A stretch of DNA of 64,000 nt. It comes from Pseudomonadota bacterium (lineage in GTDB: Bacteria > Pseudomonadota > Alphaproteobacteria > Paracaedibacterales > CAITNM01). The notes beneath the pieces were generated by a model. That model was not told the origin of the DNA and made no database searches. It worked only from the letters and a program-made list of their open reading frames with translations. Shown in pieces: positions 57,099 through 64,000 of this stretch. The DNA lies in assembly GCA_046309815.1 (NCBI GenBank), contig JBKCOJ010000005.1, positions 97,404 through 161,403 on the forward strand, written 5' to 3'. The position numbers and the translations under genes were made by a program. The stretch's first letter is position 1, and each line of letters begins with the position of its first letter.

Positions 57099-57945
57099 GC
57101 TTTTAAATTTTTCTAAATCTATTCAGTTTCTACCATATATCCATCTTGCACGTCTTCATAGGCCCATTGGAATTTGGTTGCTACTCTGGCCATGCTTTAT
57201 AGGTCTTGCAATTTGTCGAGGATCTTTCTTTGATTATCTTTTATTTTTTCTTGGAGCCATCATTACTCGAAGCGCTGGCTGCGTTATCAACGATATCATT
57301 GATGTAGATTTTGATAAAAAAGTTATTAGAACCAAATCTCGACCGCTTGCTTCTAATCAAATTACAAAGAAACAAGCTTATATCGAAGCTTTTTTATTGC
57401 TGACATTAAGTGGCTGTCTGTGGATATTCCTAAACAAATCTGCCAAATTTCTAAGTCTTATTGCCTTATGTATGCTTGCCATCTATCCATTCATGAAGCG
57501 TTTCACATATTTGCCGCAAGTATTTTTAGGATTCACTTTCAATATAGGCTTACCCATTGCCATTATGCATACTTCAAATCTTACTTTTTCTTGGCGCCTT
57601 ATAAATTTGTTTTTCAGCTTAATTTTATGGACGATTTTTTATGATTCCATTTATGCTTTTGCCGATCTAAAAGATGATTTCAAAATTGGCATCAAATCAA
57701 CCGCAATAATTATGCGTAAATCACCAAAGCTGTGGCTAAGTCTAATAAATATACTGCTCCATATGCTTTTATTTACATCTAATGGTTTTTTCGCTGCCTT
57801 TGTTGGTGCATGTTTTTTGCAGACACTTTTAATTCAGTGGAACCCACATGATCTAGATAACTGCATCAAAACATTTACCTATTGTCATTTTTGGGGACTA
57901 ATGGAATGGCTTTGGCTGGAGTTTGTAAGGATCATCACCCCATAA
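57097..57945 (+). CDS. ubiA: 4-hydroxybenzoate polyprenyltransferase
   Basis: LARLHRPIGIWLLLWP and NDIIDVDFDKKVIRTKSRPL (Asp-rich motif). Confidence 0.92.
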   Translation: MLLNFSKSIQFLPYIHLARLHRPIGIWLLLWPCFIGLAICRGSFFDYLLFFLGAIITRSAGCVINDIIDVDFDKKVIRTKSRPLASNQITKKQAYIEAFLLLTLSGCLWIFLNKSAKFLSLIALCMLAIYPFMKRFTYLPQVFLGFTFNIGLPIAIMHTSNLTFSWRLINLFFSLILWTIFYDSIYAFADLKDDFKIGIKSTAIIMRKSPKLWLSLINILLHMLLFTSNGFFAAFVGACFLQTLLIQWNPHDLDNCIKTFTYCHFWGLMEWLWLEFVRIITP

Positions 57946-59073
57946 CACTTTTCCATCCCCAAATTCTTCATCAATCCAAACCGGGATATACGTGATATAA
58001 ACAATAAGAGGAGCTTTTAATTTTTTTGTTTTTGTATCACCGATATCAAGTTCAGACTTAACTTCATCTTTATCCATGCCTAAAAGCCAAGAGGCTAATT
58101 TTCCAGGTTGCTCAATTCTTATACATCCTGAAGATAAAGCACGCATATGTTTTTTAAACGACTCTTGGTGAGACGTATCATGCATATAAATTTCTTGGTT
58201 ATCTCTTAGGTTAAATTTTATCAAACCTAACTCATTCTCTTTTCCTGGGTTTTGCTTGAAGACATAAGGAAAATCATTCACATCAACATCTGTCCAATCT
58301 ACTTCTGTAGGATTTACCTCATGACCATTTCGATCAAAAACTTTCATATCATTCTTCCTAAAGAATTCTGAATCTTCTTGAATTTTTGGAAGTTCATCCT
58401 CAAAAAGAACAGTATGCGGCACTATCCAAACAGGATTGAACTCAACATCATCAATATAGCTTGTTATCAAAGATGTTGGGTGAGCAGAACTACCAACTAT
58501 AGCCTTCATACTCATAACTAGTTTTTGTTTATCATAGGCATACAATGAATATGTTGGAATGTTAACAATGACTGCTGAATCAGAGAGCAGCAACCTCTTT
58601 ATTTTTTCGATACTATCTTTTACCATTTGCAAACGTTTTGCAAAGGGCCAATTAATTTTTTCCTTCATTTCATCACTAATTACACCATCTGTTTCTAAAC
58701 AATGACCAGCTTGGAATGCCTTAACAGCTTTTTCCAGCTCCATATCAAAAAAAGGAGAGTCTGTAACTTTTTCCAAATATCCCAACGCTTGTAAAATCTG
58801 GCGAAGGATTAAAATACTATCGTCCTTATCTCCAGATCGCAAAGCTTTTGTCGGCGAAAATTCAGGAAACGTTACGTCTGCTTTTTCCTTCAAAATGCTT
58901 TCTAAGCGTTGCAAAAGAATTAAAATTTTCATATTGCCAGGCGCTATCTCTGCAGTACTTTTATTAGCACTAGCTATAGGCTGATCTTTGGTATCGCCTA
59001 GATTTTCCTTATTTAAGGAAGCATCTCCAGCCCACAAAAATGAGATCAAAAAAAGTGTGAAAAAATATTTCAT
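57898..59073 (-). CDS. L,D-transpeptidase (YkuD domain) with peptidoglycan-binding domain, YcbB-like
   Basis: Signal peptide; PG_binding_1-like LRQILQALGYL...AVKAFQAGHCLETDG; YkuD active site HDTSHQESF...LSSGCIRI. Confidence 0.88.
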   Translation of the reverse strand: MKYFFTLFLISFLWAGDASLNKENLGDTKDQPIASANKSTAEIAPGNMKILILLQRLESILKEKADVTFPEFSPTKALRSGDKDDSILILRQILQALGYLEKVTDSPFFDMELEKAVKAFQAGHCLETDGVISDEMKEKINWPFAKRLQMVKDSIEKIKRLLLSDSAVIVNIPTYSLYAYDKQKLVMSMKAIVGSSAHPTSLITSYIDDVEFNPVWIVPHTVLFEDELPKIQEDSEFFRKNDMKVFDRNGHEVNPTEVDWTDVDVNDFPYVFKQNPGKENELGLIKFNLRDNQEIYMHDTSHQESFKKHMRALSSGCIRIEQPGKLASWLLGMDKDEVKSELDIGDTKTKKLKAPLIVYITYIPVWIDEEFGDGKVLWGDDPYKLQPKPFH

Positions 59074-59198
59074 AAGGTTTATATTTGTATTCTTCTTATT
59101 TTATTAAACTGTACAAAATGTTAAGCAAAAGTAAATAAGGAAAATCTTCTAGTATTCTTTTTTGGAGTCTTTACAACATTTATATGACGACTAACTGT

Positions 59199-60095
59199 TT
59201 AAGCCTGCCACTCAAAGCAGCCAAAAAGGGCTAACACCTGAAAACCCAGGCGCTCGTAAATTCGATACGCTGAATCGCTAGAAGCTAACAAAGAAATATG
59301 TTTCGCGCCGCTTTTGTATGCATCATACATTAAATATTTCATCATTTGAGTTCCATAGCCGCGCCCACGCTTATTCTCTTGTGTAATCAAATTAAAAATT
59401 CCGGCAACATTATCTTCTACATACAAGCTCGAAATAACAACGGGCGTATCGTCTTCATAACCAACAAATGATTCCTCAGACCCCTTTAACATTCTTTCAT
59501 CCTGTAACCTGCTATAAAAAGTGCGCGCAGCTACATCGTAAGGTTCAATAACTTGGATGAAATGTTCTAATTGATTAAGAGTTGCAACTCGCTTAATTAC
59601 CATATTATTCGAACTCACTGATAATTTATCAAATTTCGCAAGGTCATACACCATCGCATATTCAGTGCTTGGCTTTTCGAAACCATTCTCACATAAAATA
59701 TCTCCAAGCCATTTTGGATCACATGACGGTCCAACCCACCATGCAAATGGTTGGCCATTAAAATGTGTGATAACCTCTTTAATTTTTTGCGCAACAAAAT
59801 CTTCACCATAATGAGAACGCGCTAAGAGTGCTTCCGCATACGCATCTGGAAACACTTGATTCCATGGCAACTTTGCCTCTTCTTCTCGAAAAGCATTTTC
59901 CACGAGGTTCGCATTTTGCTGGTGCTTTGCCCACTCTTCTAAATGCGTATTACACACAATATTAAACATTGATGAATGAAGGCCACTATTAACAATAGTA
60001 AATCCAGCTTTTTCTACCACTTCAAATCCAAGCACTTTTGGAAAACATTTGAAATGACCAACAATATTTTTTTCTATTTCTTCAATAATATTCAT
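59199..60095 (-). CDS. GNAT family N-acetyltransferase (two-lobed; paralogue of 24418..25161)
   Basis: C-terminal core ITQENKRGRGYGTQMMKYLMYDAYKSG...IYERLGF. Confidence 0.8.
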   Translation of the reverse strand: MNIIEEIEKNIVGHFKCFPKVLGFEVVEKAGFTIVNSGLHSSMFNIVCNTHLEEWAKHQQNANLVENAFREEEAKLPWNQVFPDAYAEALLARSHYGEDFVAQKIKEVITHFNGQPFAWWVGPSCDPKWLGDILCENGFEKPSTEYAMVYDLAKFDKLSVSSNNMVIKRVATLNQLEHFIQVIEPYDVAARTFYSRLQDERMLKGSEESFVGYEDDTPVVISSLYVEDNVAGIFNLITQENKRGRGYGTQMMKYLMYDAYKSGAKHISLLASSDSAYRIYERLGFQVLALFGCFEWQA

Positions 60096-60255
60096 TCTTT
60101 TAAATCTAATATATATTTAAAGCAAATCATTATGATTAATATTTTCCACCTAAATCAATAGCTCTCAAAATAAAAACTTATTTTAAATTCAATACCAACA
60201 TATTGTTTCTATTTCCAGAGAATGCTAGCTTAACTCAGGTAGATTAGGTGGTCTT

Positions 60256-60615
60256 ATGTACGATATAAATAATATCTTTGCAAAAATTCTTCGCGCAGAA
60301 ATCCCCTGCAACAAGATTGAAGAAGATCTATATTTTTTGAGCTTTCATGATATTAACCCTAAGGCTTCCATTCATGCGCTAGTTATACCAAAGGGATCTT
60401 ATGAAAACGCTCATGATTTTGCAGATAAGGCAACAATTCAAGAAATAGCTGGCTTTTGGAATGGCGTAAACATGACGTTAGCAAAACTTAATTTGATACA
60501 AAATGGTTACAGACTTATTACAAACTCAGGACTACATGGCCATCAGGAAGTTCCACATTTTCATGTGCACATACTAGGCGGACAAGATCTAGGTTCTAAA
60601 ATGGTGATGACGTGA
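60256..60615 (+). CDS. HIT-family (HinT-like) nucleotide hydrolase
   Basis: IFAKILRAEIPCNKI... and the histidine triad HFHVHILGG. Confidence 0.92.
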   Translation: MYDINNIFAKILRAEIPCNKIEEDLYFLSFHDINPKASIHALVIPKGSYENAHDFADKATIQEIAGFWNGVNMTLAKLNLIQNGYRLITNSGLHGHQEVPHFHVHILGGQDLGSKMVMT

Positions 60616-60848
60616 ATGTAACGATCCGTACTATTGATACCGTAATTTTCTCAGATTTTGCACAAGAAATAAATTTACCAGGACTACATGGGAATGTTGG
60701 CATACGCCCCCATCATGCATCTATGTCAGTAATTCTCACTGAAGGAAAAATTCATATATCAATAAATCAACATGAAAAAAGAGACATTGATGTTAAAAAT
60801 GGGATAGCCCAAATTGGCAACAATTCCATTGATGTGTTGCTATTGTAG
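60612..60848 (+). CDS. ATP synthase epsilon-subunit N-terminal-domain-like protein (78 aa, lacks C-terminal helices)
   Basis: GTG start overlapping the HIT stop (GTGA). The pattern V.I.T.D..IFS....EI.LPG..G..GI.P.HA.....L..G.I.I.......I.V..G.A.I....I.VL matches the epsilon beta-sandwich. Confidence 0.5.
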   Translation: MNVTIRTIDTVIFSDFAQEINLPGLHGNVGIRPHHASMSVILTEGKIHISINQHEKRDIDVKNGIAQIGNNSIDVLLL

Positions 60849-60856
60849 GATTTTCT

Positions 60857-61306
60857 ATGCAAGTTACTTTTTATGGACTTATAGCAACATCTTTAGAAAA
60901 AACACTGCCAAAAATTCTTGAAAAAGTTTACGAGAGCAACATGAAAGCTGTTGTGCGCATAGAAAGCGAAGAACGATTAAAATCAATTGATTCATGCATG
61001 TGGACTTACACAACCATGGGCTTTTTGCCGCACGGATCAAATACTGACCCAAAAGAATTTCATCAGCATCAGCCCATTTGGCTTACGACAAATAATGATA
61101 ACCCAATTAATGCAACAGTATTAGTGATCACCACGCAAGAATATGCTACAGATAGCAACTATGAGCGAATTCTCGATATCTATGATGGAAATGATTCGAC
61201 AAGTGTAGCAAAAGCAAAAGAGAGAATAGAAAAATATCAACATGCTGGCAATACAATTACTGCGTGGAAACAAAACTTAAAAGGCGCCTGGGAAAAAGGA
61301 ATGTAA
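60857..61306 (+). CDS. holC: DNA polymerase III chi subunit
   Basis: VTFYGL...LPKILEKVYESNMKAVVRIESEERLKSIDSCMWTY..MGFLPHG. Confidence 0.88.
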   Translation: MQVTFYGLIATSLEKTLPKILEKVYESNMKAVVRIESEERLKSIDSCMWTYTTMGFLPHGSNTDPKEFHQHQPIWLTTNNDNPINATVLVITTQEYATDSNYERILDIYDGNDSTSVAKAKERIEKYQHAGNTITAWKQNLKGAWEKGM

Positions 61307-61310
61307 ATCT

Positions 61311-62297
61311 ATGCAAGAACAATGGTTACAGCAAATTCAAACAGCTTCTAACTTAGCTGAACTTGATGATTTGCGTGTGCATCTTTTAGGAAAGAATGGC
61401 GTTATTACACAACAACTCAAAACCCTAGGCACTCTATCACCTGAAGAACGAAAAACTAAAGGCGCTGAAATTAATGCTTTGAAAGATGAGATTGTATTAG
61501 CTATTGATAAACAAAAAGAAACGCTTGAAAATCAAGCTCTTGAACAGCGTTTAAGTAGTGAAAAAATCGATATCTCTTTATCGGCAAGGCCTGAACCTGT
61601 TGGAAAAATTCATCTTATTTCAAAGGTTATTCAAGATATTACACAATACTTTTCTCAATTAGGTTTTCAAATTTTTGATGGGCCACATATTGAAACACAA
61701 GAATTAAATTTTGATGCACTGAATATCCCAGCACATCATCCCGCACGCCAAAGTCATGATACATTTTATGTAAAAGAATCTGATGATATTTTACGTACAC
61801 AAACCTCTCCAGTGCAAATACGTACACTTCGCGAGCATAAGCCCCCGATTCGCTTTCTCGCCCCAGGACGGGTTTTTCGAAGTGATGATCTAGATGCAAC
61901 ACATACTCCGATGTTTCACCAAATTGAAGGGGTTGTTATTGAGGAAGGTATTCATTTTGGACATCTCAAAGGCACACTTATTGATTTTTGTAGGTGGTTT
62001 TTTGAAAAGCCAGATATGAATTTACGCTTTCGTCCCAGTTTTTTTCCTTTCACAGAACCATCTGCTGAAGTTGATATTTCATGGAAAAATGATAAATGGC
62101 TAGAAGTTTTAGGATGCGGCATGATTCACCCCACTGTTTTACGTAACTGCGGCATTGATCCAGATCAATTCCAAGGTTTTGCCTTTGGTATGGGCGTAGA
62201 CCGATTCACCATGCTGAAGTATGGAATCGATGACATCCGATCTTTTTACAACGGCGACACACGTTGGCTTGATCTTTATGGATTTGGAGCACTTTAG
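61311..62297 (+). CDS. pheS: Phenylalanine--tRNA ligase alpha subunit
   Basis: HPARQSHDTFY, LRTQTSPVQIR, FRPSFFPFTEPSAEVD, GFAFGMGVDR. Confidence 0.97.
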   Translation: MQEQWLQQIQTASNLAELDDLRVHLLGKNGVITQQLKTLGTLSPEERKTKGAEINALKDEIVLAIDKQKETLENQALEQRLSSEKIDISLSARPEPVGKIHLISKVIQDITQYFSQLGFQIFDGPHIETQELNFDALNIPAHHPARQSHDTFYVKESDDILRTQTSPVQIRTLREHKPPIRFLAPGRVFRSDDLDATHTPMFHQIEGVVIEEGIHFGHLKGTLIDFCRWFFEKPDMNLRFRPSFFPFTEPSAEVDISWKNDKWLEVLGCGMIHPTVLRNCGIDPDQFQGFAFGMGVDRFTMLKYGIDDIRSFYNGDTRWLDLYGFGAL

Positions 62298-62299
62298 AA

Positions 62300-64000
62300 A
62301 TGAAATTTTCTCACAAATGGCTAAAAAAATATTTAGAAACAACTGCTACACCTGCTGAAATTTCCGAAAGGCTTATAGGACTTGGCCTAGAAGTTGAATC
62401 ATTAGATGATCCATCAAAAAATCTGAAAGGTTTTGTATACGCGCAGGTCGTGGAAAGGGAAAAACATCCTAATGCTGACCGATTATCTTTGTGCAAAGTT
62501 GATGCGGGAACTGGCGAACTCATTCAAGTTGTTTGCGGAGCCTCAAATGTAAAAGCAAACATGGGAGTTGCTTTTGCCCCCGTTGGCACGGTGATTCCTA
62601 TAACAAAAGAAGCGTTGAAAAAGGGAAACATTCGTAACGTCGATAGTTTTGGCATGCTGTGCTCATCTAAAGAACTATTATTAGACGAAGAAGCCGAAGG
62701 TATTATGGATTTAGGCCTTGAACATAAACCAGGCACTCCACTTACTGAGGTTATTGAATATGACGCGGTATTTGATATTTCCATTACTCCCAATCGCGGA
62801 GATTGTTTTTCGGTATATGGAATCGCTCGAGATTTAGCAGCCGTAAATTTTGGCACACTCAAAAAGTTAGCTTTTACAGATATTGCGAGAAATGATGATA
62901 CACCACCTGTAGAAAAAGATACTGATCTTTGCACTCAATTTTCTTTATGCCACATAAAAGACGTAAAAAATACATCATCACCTATATGGTTACAAAATTT
63001 ACTTAATCGTGCTGGCCAAAAATCTATTAGCGCACTAGTTGATATTACGAATTATTTTTGCATTGGATTAGGTCGACCTATGCACGTATTTGACGCAGAT
63101 AAAATTCAAGGAAGCATCGTTGTTCGTAAAGCTAAAAAAGGGGAAATTCTTAAAGCCCTGAATGATCAAGATTATTCTTTGGAAGAAGGCATGATTGTTA
63201 TTGCTGATGATCGTAGCATCATTTCTCTTGCTGGCATTATGGGCAGCCGGGAAACTGCCGTTGATGAAAAAACCACTAATGTGTTACTTGAGTCTGCGTA
63301 TTTTGATCCTGTATCCATTGCTATCACAGGTCAGCACCTTAACTTAATTTCGGACTCTCGCATGCGTTTTGAGCGGGGGGTTGATTGTGCATTAATTTCT
63401 CCTTGCCTGGATATGGCAACTGCAATGATTTTAGAAATTTGCGGAGGAAAAGCTGCTAATCCTTATCATGCAGGAGCTCACGTATTAAAATCTATTTCCA
63501 TAACCTTACAACCAAAACAGGTAGAACGGCGTTTAGGTTTAAAAGTTGATGCAGATGAAATTTCGCATATTTTGCAGCAATTAGGATGCTCCATAGAAAA
63601 AGATTCATCTCTTATCAAAATTATTCCCCCTTCTTGGAGACACGACTTAGTGATTACAGAAGATCTCATTGAAGAAATTGCTCGAATGAAAGGTTATAAA
63701 GAAATCCATGCACAGTCTTTGCCTTTAAAACCGGTTCACAATTTTAGCTCTCGTGAAACATTAACGCGAAAACACTTGTGTAATCGAGGATTCCTTGAAA
63801 CTATTAATTGGTCATTTATTGATAAAAAAAGTGCTGAAAAATTCACTGAGAAACAAGAACTTTTAGTGCATCTTAAAAATCCAATTACTGAAGATTTTGC
63901 TGTGATGCGACCTTCCTTGCTATGTTCTCTTCTTGAAGTCGCGAAATTTAATTCGGCAAATGCCAGACCCAATGGCTCACTTTTTGAAATAGCACCAATT
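62300..64000 (+). CDS. pheT: Phenylalanine--tRNA ligase beta subunit, N-terminal 567 codons (3' end outside the window)
   Basis: ATG 3 nt after the pheS stop. I translated the frame by eye and it is open to the window end. MKFSHKWLKKYLETTATPAEISERLIGLGLEVE, tRNA-binding domain GFVYAQVVEREKHPNADRLSLCKVDAG, ITPNRGDCFSVYGIARDLAA. It is absent from the ORF track only because no stop is reached. Confidence 0.95.
   Translation, partial: MKFSHKWLKKYLETTATPAEISERLIGLGLEVESLDDPSKNLKGFVYAQVVEREKHPNADRLSLCKVDAGTGELIQVVCGASNVKANMGVAFAPVGTVIPITKEALKKGNIRNVDSFGMLCSSKELLLDEEAEGIMDLGLEHKPGTPLTEVIEYDAVFDISITPNRGDCFSVYGIARDLAAVNFGTLKKLAFTDIARNDDTPPVEKDTDLCTQFSLCHIKDVKNTSSPIWLQNLLNRAGQKSISALVDITNYFCIGLGRPMHVFDADKIQGSIVVRKAKKGEILKALNDQDYSLEEGMIVIADDRSIISLAGIMGSRETAVDEKTTNVLLESAYFDPVSIAITGQHLNLISDSRMRFERGVDCALISPCLDMATAMILEICGGKAANPYHAGAHVLKSISITLQPKQVERRLGLKVDADEISHILQQLGCSIEKDSSLIKIIPPSWRHDLVITEDLIEEIARMKGYKEIHAQSLPLKPVHNFSSRETLTRKHLCNRGFLETINWSFIDKKSAEKFTEKQELLVHLKNPITEDFAVMRPSLLCSLLEVAKFNSANARPNGSLFEIAPI

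Noticed and set aside
62311-63972. Several minus-strand ORFs (62311-62523, 62524-62934, 63478-63669, 63736-63972)
   Set aside because: All are antisense to the clearly coding pheT frame, which is missing from the ORF track only because it has no stop in the window.
1-64000. CRISPR arrays, IS elements or transposases, prophage genes, toxin-antitoxin pairs, and restriction or defence systems
   Set aside because: I looked for regularly spaced repeats, terminal inverted repeats, and integrase, transposase or nuclease motifs in all listed ORFs and gaps, and saw none. The window is essentially core genome.

Overview
This is a gene-dense, AT-rich chromosomal segment with about 60 protein genes, 2 tRNAs and 1 riboswitch. 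There are no rRNA genes, CRISPR arrays, transposases, integrases or phage genes. Gene content and local synteny (tolQRA, rlpA-dacC, gpmI-envC-ctpA, acpP-fabF, ileS-lspA, holC-pheST, ubiA, a short-type SerC) look alphaproteobacterial. Many overlapping gene ends, a glycine-zipper surface lipoprotein, a Sel1-repeat protein and several orphan proteins suggest a reduced, host-associated lineage (Rickettsiales/Holosporales-like). That placement is inference only, because no database search was possible. Most of the window is core housekeeping: translation, replication and repair, fatty-acid synthesis, and especially cell envelope (Lpt, Tol-Pal, LpxB, PBP5-like carboxypeptidases, RlpA, L,D-transpeptidase, EnvC/Ctp). 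I found no convincing multi-gene novel system such as a defence island. The points worth a second look are listed here.

- **Cobalamin riboswitch (about 33600-33800, minus strand):** it is absent from the ORF track and drives a btuB-like receptor gene whose end overlaps a minimal tonB. lptA-lptB follow on the same strand.
- **Homopolymer frameshifts and a non-canonical start:** three frameshifts sit at homopolymer runs (rpoN 5' end, an SRPBCC gene next to marR, and a small Cys-containing secreted ORF), and lptB has ATA where homologues have ATG.
- **Orphan candidate secreted, surface or effector proteins:** 8475-9842, 29279-29929, 39802-41403, 45781-46233 and the Sel1 protein at 49214-50656.
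- **Other unusual loci:** an isolated fliI inside a fragmented tol-pal neighbourhood, a LuxR-solo/GNAT pair, an orphan truncated ATP-synthase-epsilon-like gene, a CDS starting 2 nt after a tRNA, and divergent genes whose start codons overlap in a CATG.

All functional calls rest on motif and family recognition by eye from the translations.
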